In this document: piece after piece, positions 38,267 to 48,696 of the stretch
Layout: each line of letters begins with the position of its first letter
Position numbering within the stretch: position 1 is the first letter of the stretch
Assembly: GCF_003918875.1 (NCBI RefSeq)
Contig: NW_025766980.1
Coordinates: 3,596,001-3,660,000 of the forward strand
From: Haliotis rubra
Taxonomy: Eukaryota
Length of the DNA: 64,000 nucleotides
Direction of reading: 5' to 3'
Made by a program: the position numbers and the translations under genes
The notes under the pieces: model-generated
What the model was told of the DNA's origin: nothing
The model's input: only the letters and a program-made list of their open reading frames with translations
Database searches by the model: none

Positions 38267-39496
38267 TGTCTATATTAAGTTGCGCATCCATAATAACGTA
38301 CAGATATAATTTCAACTTGCCAGCGGGTTGAGCCTTCTTGGTAATCTGGATAGTAATTCCTTCGCTACCATTGTCTATTCTACGGCCGCTACCGTGTAGT
38401 TTATCGTCATCCGTGGATCGCATGTCCAACCACAGCGCGTACTTGTTAGTTAAGTATTCACCGATTTGCACGGAGGATAGGTCCAGGTCTTTGGCTATAT
38501 ATGGATGTTTGCTCGGCAGCTTTTTTATCTCATCCCACTGCTGGTACGCACGCATACCATGACTAAACAGCTGGTTGGGCACGCCCTCGATGGTCACTTC
38601 CACCTTTTCGATCTCTGGGTTGAAAAACTTCTCGCTGTCCCTCCGGAACGGCTCGTAATCCTCCACAGGGACTACCAGGATGCCTTTCATCGATCGCGCC
38701 GGCACGTTCAGGTTGATATTCCACACAGTGTCGCTCTTATCCCGCACGATGGATCTATGCCTCAGTATACGATCGTACAGGATGGCTACATTACCCGAGT
38801 ACTGGTTTCGAACCTGCCTTGCCAGCTCGGGTTAGTGACCATGTCGAACTCCAGAGAGATGTTGTCTATGGTATAACTGGCCTCATCACCGTTCGGCGTA
38901 CGCACTACTTTGCTGTAGTCGTTAAACGTGAGCTCGTATTCAAGCCTATCACCCAGCGCGGCTTGGTAAAACGGCGCGTGTTCCGTGAGCAACTCGAAGT
39001 CGAGCGGCACGCAGAACCGGTTCCCGTACGCTTGAGCGATGGCCTTTTCACCGTCCGATAGCTTGTCTAACTGGTCTGCCGTGAAGGCATACCCAATGCG
39101 CGACCTGGTCGATTTACTGATACCTTGGTACACGTCATTGACGCGTTCTCCCTCGCTTTTCCAGAGGTCCTTGTAGCAGTGAAAGACGTCGCTGTCGTCG
39201 ATGCTCAGCACCTCGTTACCGGTGATCTTGATGGTGGTTTTCTTGATAATAGCTCGACCTACGTTCCGCACTAGCTCGCGTTTGTCGTTGTCGGAGGTCA
39301 ACGTGATGTTGAACGCCAGTCGAACAGTGCCTGGTACAATGAGGTCATTCGCGCCAAGGTTTGGAAATCTAACCAGCAGCGTTTGATTCTGGTCTATCTT
39401 GCTGGGATTGTTGGTGATGGTCACCGACTGACGCACGGCTTTGACACCTAGTGGCTCTCTCGATCTTCTGAAAGGATCTAGTTTTCTACCGTACAT
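38238..39496 (-). CDS. Major capsid protein (probable double jelly-roll, ~420 aa; frameshift near 38830)
   Basis: Size, beta-rich pattern (LLVRFP, LAFNITL, FCVPLDF, LEYELTFN, NISLEFD, LYLYVIMDA) and position directly upstream of the ATPase. Confidence 0.78.
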
Positions 39497-39535
39497 TGTT
39501 ATATAAATGAAATATATAAGTTTTAATACTAAATA

Positions 39536-40653
39536 ATGGCCGAGTATATCCCTATGGAGGATATGTGGGATAATAGTGCCCTGGATGATGTTTCATCCTC
39601 ATTAAGTGGTGAACTCGTACAGCCAACTGTCAACGATTATTACAACGCAGTTGAAAATAGAAGACATCAAACCGTTGGGGAGGGACTATTCCAAGTTTAC
39701 AGTCGATAATAAGGGCACGTTGCGATTGAAGGCTTACCCGGAGATCGATCTCATGAATAAGCGCACGAGAGAACCGCTTGCCTTATCAACACTCACCAGT
39801 CGTCATGGTAGTAACTTTATCCGTGATGAACTAGGCTTCGTAGATTACGGCGGCGCGCGACCTAAACTTCCTCCTAAGACCGTCCAAGATCTGCAAGCAG
39901 CCAGAGTCAATACTAGGAACGCTAAAGAAACGTCAGACAGTATCGAAAAAATATTGGCTACGTATCATGATAAACCCTTGCCGGGTCTCGAATTTCCTCT
40001 GAGAGAACTGCGAGGCTTAGACAAGCCTTGAAACATGTACGTGGAGAACTCGTTAACAACATGGGTAAACTGAACGAAGTCGATGAGCGCATCGCTCGCG
40101 AGAAAATAAAACTAACCGAAACTGAAGACGATGATATGAAACGTCGCATCGAGGAGAGAATAAAAAAACTTGGAAGACGAGAGACGGACTCGGTTGGAAT
40201 CCGCTTCCTCGAACCGGGAAGCCCTCCGATCACAGATCAGTAGAGTACGGGAAACCATCGATCGAGTCCTAAATGAAGACACCACGCTAGCTGACAGGAT
40301 CCGAATCCTGTTCCGTGAACAAGGCATCACCATCGCCAGCATTCTGACTGCATTGGGCTTCATCATATCTACCCTGGTGGTGTCACTTAGTGGGGGTACC
40401 CCCACACCCCCAAGTGGTGGCGGTGGTGGCACAGGTGGTGTTAAAGAGTGGATTAAAAAACTAGGGGGAAACTCTAGCTAAACTGGCTGGTAAGGCCGCC
40501 GAAGCCCTGCCTGGCATCCTGGGTAGCATCGTCTCGTGGTTGCTGAGTGTTTTAGCTAAAACTGCTACGTGGCTCAGTCAAAACCTGTGGGCAGCCATCG
40601 TCGCAGTAGCTGGTTTGGTGTACGTAGCGGCTAAGGAATTTTTAACCAAATGA
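39536..40653 (+). CDS. Viral coiled-coil/membrane protein (several frameshifts)
   Basis: Coiled coil followed by hydrophobic ITIASILTALGFIISTLVV, a Gly linker, amphipathic LPGILGSIVSWLLSVLA and a C-terminal hydrophobic helix. Confidence 0.65.
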
Positions 40654-41778
40654 GCCCCAAAGCCACCCCACCAACCACCATGGCTGTTTTACGATCGATG
40701 TGCTGTGAACCCACAGTGGGTGCAGACTGGGGCTGTAGGTGTGTGTGTTGAACCCTAGGTTCCGGGGATGGCGCCACTATACCCGTTTCACCGGTCGTGG
40801 GTGGTGGGACGTGGGGGACGTTGACATCGAGGTTGACGCCCAACTTTTGACCCGCCGTGGCTACAATTATTTCGTTGTTGTAGCCCACCACTTTTTTTAC
40901 TCTCAGTTGCATATCGCTCGGAGCCATGTACAGTCCCACGTCGAACACGTAGTCGACTTTCGACCTGGCGTATTCCAACACGTCTTGGTAGCGTTTGATG
41001 GCACTCGGGAGATCAACTGGAGCATTGATAGCATCCTCAACGTTGACAACGAACTGTTTCTGGCGTCGTAAGCAGTCCCTTACCTAGGATATATTGGAAC
41101 GCGTTTGCGTCTGCGCACCAACAGTGCCCACGTACGTTCGAATCGAGTCATTCAAGCGTTCGGTGCCGGCACGAGTATACCCTTTCGATTCCAACATGAA
41201 TTTTTCCAGTCACCACCCTGCTCGAACCTCCAAACTCGGTAATCCTTGCTGTCGTCGAATGCCATATAACGGTCATCCCACTCGTTTGTTGTGACGTAAT
41301 GATTCGCATTGTATCACCACCCCATTCTTTCAACTTCTCGCTGGCTTCCACGAGGGCATGTTGTGAACGATAGGAATACCCAATCCGTGGTTCGGTCCGG
41401 CAAACGCCAATCCGTTTTAGTGTCGATTCGAATTCGTTGCAAATACGTTCGTAGGCCCGTCTATCGTATTGGTTGTTTACTGCATTCCACGCTTTTTCCT
41501 GTGAGGTGGGGCGCTGATCTCTTTGAGGATACGCCTGACCTGGTAGTACACGTGAAACGTGAACACAGACTGACTCAGCGGTCCACGCCGAGTGTCGGAT
41601 ACACCACACCCGTTGTAGCGCACCACACGGCGAAGTTGAGTTGATTCTGCCAGAACTGCATCGGGTTGTTGAACCAAGCGTGCACTGTCTTAACGTTAGT
41701 CACCGAAAACTTATACTTATCGAACACATCTATGAACTGGGCGTCGAAATACAATCCATCAGCGACCACGATCTTCAT
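40631..41778 (-). CDS. Hypothetical viral protein with C-terminal transmembrane anchor (several frameshifts)
   Basis: Fragments FWQNQLNFAVWCATTG, FHVYYQVRRIL, RLNDSIRTYV, RYQDVLEYARSKVDY and terminal AMVVGGVALGLIWL are collinear on one strand. Confidence 0.65.
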
Positions 41779-41797
41779 GTTTTAAAACTATTATATA

Positions 41798-42466
41798 ATG
41801 AGTTTATATAACATGTACATAACACTCCCAGGAATAACGAGCGGCGAGGCCGTTCAGCTGACGCACGCGATCGATAACACGTCGGGTCAACTCGAAATAG
41901 CACTGTGCGATATAACCTACCTACCACGATGGACTAACATCAACGCTAGCAACAATAAACTGTTCGTAGGTGGCGCTAGCAACAAGATAATTGATGGTTA
42001 CTACAGCGTGTGCTCTCTAAGCGACGAGGTATTCAAACCATTGGGAGCCGAACTCAAGATGAACGACTCAAACGGCACAGTGGTGTTAATCAACAACGGA
42101 AGAAACTCCTTGCGGCTAGGCCGGCCATTGGCTAGAACACTCGGTATGCAGCCTGACGAGGTAAAACCAACGACTACAGTCACAGGCGCGAAGTTACCCG
42201 ACTTAGTACCGTACCGAGAGCTGTGCATTCATCTCAACCAGGTTAGCACAACGGACAATATTCAAGGAGGCCACCCTTCCACTATACTTAGAGCAGTGCC
42301 GGTTAAAACGGAGAAATACAACGACGGCAGAACCGAGTCGTTTTCAACGTGGCAATATAAGAGGTTAACCCAGGGCAACATCCCTGAGCTGATAATATCG
42401 GTGTTAGATATAAATCATAATCTCGTGAATATAGGATACCTCAGCGTAACGCTGCACATAAAATGA
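41798..42466 (+). CDS. Minor capsid protein (penton, single jelly-roll; 222 aa)
   Basis: EIALCDITY, IIDGYYS, ELCIH, STILRAVPV, YKRL, IISVLD and terminal VTLHIK pattern typical of Polinton pentons. Confidence 0.75.
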   Translation: MSLYNMYITLPGITSGEAVQLTHAIDNTSGQLEIALCDITYLPRWTNINASNNKLFVGGASNKIIDGYYSVCSLSDEVFKPLGAELKMNDSNGTVVLINNGRNSLRLGRPLARTLGMQPDEVKPTTTVTGAKLPDLVPYRELCIHLNQVSTTDNIQGGHPSTILRAVPVKTEKYNDGRTESFSTWQYKRLTQGNIPELIISVLDINHNLVNIGYLSVTLHIK

Positions 42467-43383
42467 CCAGCGCACAAGGTCCCGGAATGAAGTTGAAAAA
42501 ATGCACCAATGTGGGGATCTCCGATCTCGGGGACACACGCGGATTCGACGACCCCGGAGTAGATGGTAAAGTGTACGCCTTGCAACTTAAAAACAGCATT
42601 TATAAACGCGTTGAAGTTTCCGGTGGTACTAGCAACCTAAGCGATATAGTAGATACCTCAAGAGCGGCAGTCAACACTAAGTACACCCTTGTCACCACCG
42701 GGGATGATAACTGGATGATATACCCATACGGGGGCAAACTGTTCGACTTAACCGATGTTGAGAGCACTACCGTCGCCCGAAACAAACCATATACGCTCGT
42801 TTTCACCGATGATGACAAGTGGGTGTTATTACCGGGTAAAGTCGACTGGTTTCTCAATATTAGGCTCGGCTCCCCCTACGTGTTTACGGATAATAAAGAC
42901 AACCACCTAAACAAAGTCGTGAACAACGGAACCCTGCTCGTGGCTTACATCCCGACTCAGAGACGTAGCGTAGTCATCAGCCCACTCGCCAGTATGGCAG
43001 CCCACATGCTATCGAGTAAAGCGGGGATGCAAAACGTGGTATTGCAGTTGGTGTCTGAATTCGAAGGTGTGGTCAGGATCCTGGAGAGTCTACCGGCGAA
43101 CTCAACACTGGTCATCCAAGTCTACCTAGGGGAACCATCGCGGAATGATGTAGAGATCGTGAAGGGGGTCAAACTCCGGTGGGGGAAACAACAACAGTAT
43201 CACGTTTGCAACGTTTACGTGCGGGTGGGTGTCGACTCCAAAACCAGTCTGCAGGGTGTCACCGTGGTCGTGGAAGACACTATATCACTAACCAAGATAT
43301 TCCTACCCGACAACATACACTTCATGGGGGTGAAGTGCACCCCTGAACTATTATCAGAAAACCAGTTGGAAATTATCTCGTAA
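42463..43383 (+). CDS. Putative fibre/spike protein 1 (306 aa)
   Basis: Overlaps the penton stop codon; three (I/L)xD(L/I)xD(T/V) shaft-like repeats followed by a beta-rich head. Confidence 0.6.
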   Translation: MTSAQGPGMKLKKCTNVGISDLGDTRGFDDPGVDGKVYALQLKNSIYKRVEVSGGTSNLSDIVDTSRAAVNTKYTLVTTGDDNWMIYPYGGKLFDLTDVESTTVARNKPYTLVFTDDDKWVLLPGKVDWFLNIRLGSPYVFTDNKDNHLNKVVNNGTLLVAYIPTQRRSVVISPLASMAAHMLSSKAGMQNVVLQLVSEFEGVVRILESLPANSTLVIQVYLGEPSRNDVEIVKGVKLRWGKQQQYHVCNVYVRVGVDSKTSLQGVTVVVEDTISLTKIFLPDNIHFMGVKCTPELLSENQLEIIS

Positions 43384-43393
43384 TAATATAGCA

Positions 43394-44120
43394 ATGTCTT
43401 GGATTCGCCCCAACACTACGATTAACGACTTAGGGGACACGGAGGGATTCGATCAGCCTGGTGAGGAAGACACCTTATACATCCTGCACTTGAAAGACAA
43501 CGTGTATAGGCGGGTGTCGTTATCAGATTTTAAAGAGCCTGAATGGTTAGTCAACTTAACCCTCACCTCACCTTATATCTCCCTGAAACAAAAGAATACT
43601 ATCTCCGAGATTAGGAACAACGGTATGATTATAGGATCGTTCGTTCCGGAATCTAGTGTACAAGTCATACCAATACCAGACCACTCGGGCAACATGTTAG
43701 CTTCAGACAGTGGGAGGGTAAAGATAGAGATCAAATTACTCGATTACCAAGAGGTTTTTAGAAATGTTGCGGAAAACTTCACATTCATCATAGACGTCTA
43801 TCTCGGAGATATAAGTTTGACTAGTAGTTATATTAGCATTATAGATGATATGGTGATAGGTTGGGAAGCCAGGTGTAATAACCAACGTTGTTGTATTATT
43901 AAGGTATCAGGAAACGACCCTGTACCAACCCTTGATGGGGTTCGTCTCTTTAATGGACGTAGAGCTAAGACCCCGCTTTTTTTACACGCACGTTAATCTA
44001 AGTATTATCGGCTTTAAGTACATTAATCGAAGGTTAAATGAAACCCAATTAAAATATATTATGGGATTGAGCTATATCCCTGAATTAGTACCAGAACACT
44101 AGTTGGAAATTATATCGTAA
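43394..44120 (+). CDS. Putative fibre/spike protein 2 (paralogue; frameshifted 3' part)
   Basis: INDLGDTEGFDQPG, WLVNLTLTSPYI and IRNNG shared with neighbours; 3' end TTGGAAATTATATCGTAA mirrors the LEIIS* end of fibre 1. Confidence 0.6.
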
Positions 44121-44133
44121 TAGTATTATAGAA

Positions 44134-44851
44134 ATGTCTTGGCTTCACCCCAACACTACGCTTAACGATCTAGGGGACACGGAGGGATTTGATAAGCCTG
44201 GTCATAAAAACACCTCATACGTCCTATTATTTAACAACGGTGTGTACATACGGCAGGACCTGGCAGTCTTTAAAGAACCTAAATGGGTGATCAACGTGAC
44301 CACCACCGCACCTTATATCTCACTAGACAAAGATGGTTATGTCTCTGAAATTAGGAACAACGGTACCTTGCTCACGTCTTTCATTCCAACTGAAAGGATG
44401 ATAGTTTCTAACTCTGAATATTGGCCTAGGGACACCCTGTTAATTTCAGCCAGGAAGTCTCAGTTAATAGCCACCCACCACCATCATTCCATAATAGGGG
44501 TTAGGGGTATGGAAACAAACTCCACACTCATCGTAGAAGTCGGTTACAAGGATAAGTTTGATTTGGATGACCTTGACCCATCCCCAAACTTGGAACTTTT
44601 ACCTGGTGTAACAATACGTTGGGGTAACGACCCCTTAACATCAGGTTTTTTTATCTTGCATATTCGTGATACGATTGGGGGACTCCCAACAGGGATTACT
44701 ACCCCCCATAATAAACTGCTATGATGTTGAGATAGACCAAAAGTTACCTATTGACCCTTCCCGTATCTACACATATGAGAATCTAAGTTTTATAAGCCTC
44801 AGGTACGTTGGCCAACTATTAAGTGATGCCCAATTAAAATATCTTTTGTAA
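44134..44851 (+). CDS. Putative fibre/spike protein 3 (paralogue; frameshift near 44705)
   Basis: LNDLGDTEGFDKPG, WVINVTTTAPYI, IRNNGTLL, VTIRWG. Confidence 0.6.
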
Positions 44852-44864
44852 TATATATTATAGG

Positions 44865-45471
44865 ATGGGACTGTATCCAGGCATAGATGAAGTAGTAAAG
44901 ACCCTGGAAACCGTAGACGGGTTTCGCTTGAGACAATTATGTGATGTAAGACGCCAACTAGAACAAGATCGTGACAAGCGGGAAAGCACTATATAAAAAT
45001 ACCATAGAGCTTTCAATGCCGTGGATGGGGCCGATACTACCCTTATGGCAACCAGCATGGGACTAGGGGTGGCAGGTGTTGGGTTGTTGACAACCATCGT
45101 GGCTGCACCTATAGTGTTGGGACTCGAAATAACGGCTGGGGTGTCAGGGTTGGCTGGATTGGTATTTAAGTTTGTTTCTCGCAGACTGCATCGTAAGGCA
45201 TTGAAGCATGATGAGATCAGAGTTCTGGCTGAAGCAAAGCTTAACACAATAGATGATCATATTTCCACGGCACTCACTGACAACAAAATCTCGGAGGAGG
45301 AGTTTCGTTTAATCCTCTCTGAACTCGCAAAATATGATAAAATGAAACAAGAAATCGGTCCAAGTCTCGTAAAAGTCTGCTACTATCAGCGAGGATGAGA
45401 AAAAAAAAGTACATAGAACAGGGGGGTACAAAAAGCCCAGCAAGCCTTTATTACCAACACCAAAGACATAG
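44865..45471 (+). CDS. Viral membrane-active/coiled-coil protein (frameshifted; 3' end approximate)
   Basis: FRLRQLCDV..., Gly-rich hydrophobic hairpin GLGVAGVGLLTTIVAAPIVLGL..AGVSGLAG, then KHDEIRVLAEAKLNTI...ISEEEF. Confidence 0.7.
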
Positions 45472-45849
45472 ATAAACGAACTACTTGATGGATGGCGAAC
45501 TGTTTCATACCGTATGAGGTCAACACGTGACATACCAGAATTCCCTCCGGGGCCTCGGCTCCATTATTTTAAGGAATGGAGAGACCCTCGAACATTACCC
45601 TCTACATAAAACTTGGTTTTCCTTCATCTATACAACTTCTAAAATGCCTCTCAAAGAAGGTATATCATGGGCTTGGCACATGCAATTCCTGCACATGTTG
45701 CGGAGGCAGGTCACATGACTGTCTTCTATAACATTTGCAAATGCCAGGGGCCCCAGTGCACATCATGTCAGGGAAGTTTAACGTGTTGTTCTAATCCACA
45801 GGTTTCTTTACGACTAAACACTTCAGCCAGAGTTCGGACGTTTGTAGTT

Positions 45850-47060
45850 CCTGCGACAATCGTATAAAGTCTTGGATATCTATAAAACAATTGAATTCAG
45901 AATGCCAGGCGGGTTTCAGAGAAGGATGCTCAGCCATCGACCATATATTGAGACTGCATAGTGTCATACTTGGGTAAAAGGGTATGTTCTAATGCAAATT
46001 TGATTTCAAGAACGCATTTTATACTGTCCATAGTTCCAAATTGTTATCAGGTGTAAATAGGAATCGATTTTACGCTTCTACAAAACGTGCACTAATGCTA
46101 CAGCTTCTGTAAAAACAAATAAGTGGGAAATGACGGACATATTATAACCACCTTCACTGGTGTAAGACAAGGTTCTGTTTCGTCGCCTGTCCTCTTGATG
46201 TTATACACTGAAGAACTTGTAAAGAAAATACTGTCGAATGATACAAGAGATATACTTAAAACACGATGAAACTATTCTGTGTCACTTTTTACCTACGTTG
46301 TGGCTATCTTTGCAGACTCTGTGGTTCTGTTACAACGTAAAATAGATGTTTTATATGAGTATTGTTTAAAGTGGGGGTTAACAGTAAATAGTGATTAAAC
46401 GAAATAACAGTTTCTGAGAACGGAGGTAGATTATCCAACAGTTCTCGATAAAGAACATCAAAAATGGTTTTTAAACCGTACAGAAAGTGAAGTAGTATTA
46501 TATCATAAATATATAGGTATAGTTTCTTGTATAAATATGTTCTCAAGAGCCTTGAGGCATTTTCTATGTAAGGAAAAATAATTTCTCATGTCACAAAAGA
46601 ATTTTTAACCAAATGTACAGAAATGCCAATCAAATCGTCATTTAGATTATCCGTCGGAATAATGCTACCGATCTTGGCGTATGGTTCAGACGTTTTGGGC
46701 ATACATAACAATAAAACAATAGAAAAAGTACATTTCTGTAAATGTCTATTACATGCAGTATACAAAGCTGCGAATAAAGTCATACTAGCCGAATGAGGCA
46801 GTTCTCCATGATTTATGAACGCCGATACTAGTGTATTATCGTATTGGATAAGATTAATAAGACAACCATGAACAAGATATTCCAGAAACTGTTATGATGC
46901 ACTGAAAAGACGAAATGGCACGGGCGACATAAACCTGGTATCGTTTGTACGTAATTTACTAAGTTTGGGGCGTGTATGACATGTACAAGATGTTTGTACA
47001 TCTACATATAGACTATGATGTACAGATATCTATCAACATGAACGGGTCAACGAAATGCGA
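45850..47060 (+). pseudogene. Decayed LINE reverse transcriptase and C-terminal region
   Basis: Translates to QAGFREGCSAIDHI, DFKNAF, GVRQGSVSSP, LPILAYGS; many stops. Confidence 0.85.
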
Positions 47061-47194
47061 CAGTGTAACTAACGACAAGCACTCTAACACCAATTCTAAC
47101 TCGGACTCCTAAGGGGATTGATTTTCGTTTCTGTGAAATACACACACCAAGAACGGGAACTGGTGAATCAGTACTTGTCACGGTAGTCATTTAA

Positions 47195-47400
47195 GAACAT
47201 ATATTTCACGTAGCATATGTTATATTTGGGATTGCACTTTCTTAGTAATGTTTTGGTGCTTTGAGTCCCATCCGGGATTCGAGCCCACACCCCCAGAGTA
47301 AGGTACCTAATCGCCGGCACACAAAGTCAGCCGTCTAACCCGCTCAGCCAACGCGGCTTCCACCGTGCGCTGGCGATTAGGTGCCTTATTCACCGCTGCC
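47195..47400 (-). mobile_element. tRNA-derived SINE-like repeat (family D)
   Basis: Minus strand has A-box TTGGCTGAGCGG and B-box GGCTCGAATCC separated by an over-long spacer; not seen at the equivalent position of the paralogous block near 7735. Confidence 0.55.
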
Positions 47401-48204
47401 AACGGATTGACTGTCACAATGAGCAGTACATAGTTAAACTCAGCCCTTCTTCTCGACCCCCCACCCCTTCCCCTTCTCTGACACAACTGTAGGTGATTTA
47501 TGTAGAAATGGCAGCAGTTGGGAAACGCCTTCCCCAATCTACCCAGAAATGATAACTGATGGTCCAGTAACATTTGAGGACGACAAATGCACCGTACATT
47601 GTTATCGTCTCAAGCACCAAGTCAACCCGCCAGTTCAATGTTTCAACCTCATGAGGACAGGATAGTGTGGTGTCACGTAAGCCTTGTAGTTATCAAGGAG
47701 GTGCACCAGATATGGCGTCTCGACACTGACTGGTAATATGGTCACGACACTGGTTGGTAATATGGTCGTGCAATCCCATGGTGTAAACCTAGACCCGTTT
47801 CAAATGGTTCTTAGATGTTCAGTTTGAGCAGAACCGGAACAGGATAAATCGACTAATTAAATCGAACAAACGACGAAAAGCGTTGAATACTTAATGTTCT
47901 AGTATCATTAATGATGAACTATTCATGTTAATACATCAACTAATGTAAATAGTAAGTGATAATACTATGTCCATGTCCTTTTCAAACTTCCAGAGGCTTG
48001 CATATTCAGAATGAACAGAGATCATAAATATTTTACGATCATGTAGGGGCATCACTGGAGTTTACAATTAATGTATCCGTCAGTAATTATACACATTATG
48101 TATTACAAAATACATTTAAAACCATGATGTACATTACTACTAGAAAAACAGTGTTTCTCGGGACAGAAGAACTGTTATCCTCAAAGCCGGGCTTTCTTCC
48201 ATTG

Positions 48205-48696
48205 TTATTTCCCAACTATTCCAGGGGTGGACTTCAGCTCCAGTTCACATAAGAAAAACTCCTTGAAGTTACATTCTTTGTCGTCCCACCGATAGCTCTC
48301 TCCCTTGTACAACATCAGACAGAGCTGGATATTGTGATAATCATCAGGCTGTCCAGGAGACCACCAGGTACTTTCGATTCGGGTGTTCTGAAATCCCCAC
48401 TGCCACTCGTTCTGTATCAGGTACGTCAATCCACCTATCCACACTCCATCAGTAGTTATAGTAGAGTCTTCTCGTTTGAGATAACCTTCAAGGAATGTCT
48501 GTTCCGAAGCCGTCTTCACGTAAGCCAGATGGGAGCCTATAGCCTGACAGTACACGGCTGCCTCCGCCCATGATGCTTGCACACGGATGAGACTGTAGCA
48601 GGAGTCGTCGTGGCGCAGGTAGCCGTTTGGACAGTCACTGGAAACCACGTTCACAACTGCCAGCAGGACAGTGATACTTATTGATGAGTAAAACAT
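48205..48696 (-). CDS. Perlucin-like C-type lectin, copy 4 (163 aa, QPD/WDD)
   Basis: Signal peptide, CTLD, QPD; ends PGIVGK. Confidence 0.93.
   Translation of the reverse strand: MFYSSISITVLLAVVNVVSSDCPNGYLRHDDSCYSLIRVQASWAEAAVYCQAIGSHLAYVKTASEQTFLEGYLKREDSTITTDGVWIGGLTYLIQNEWQWGFQNTRIESTWWSPGQPDDYHNIQLCLMLYKGESYRWDDKECNFKEFFLCELELKSTPGIVGK

Larger units (their letters stand above)
30715..45850. mobile_element. Endogenous Polinton/Maverick-class (adintovirus-like) DNA virus, ~15 kb; ends approximate
   Basis: Intronless, gene-dense block free of SINEs, encoding integrase, pPolB, packaging ATPase, capsid proteins and accessory ORFs. Confidence 0.93.

Noticed and set aside
42463-47060. Diversity-generating retroelement (fibre genes plus a nearby RT)
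   Set aside because: The RT is a decayed host LINE; the repeats lie at gene junctions and N-termini and do not show adenine-specific TR/VR differences
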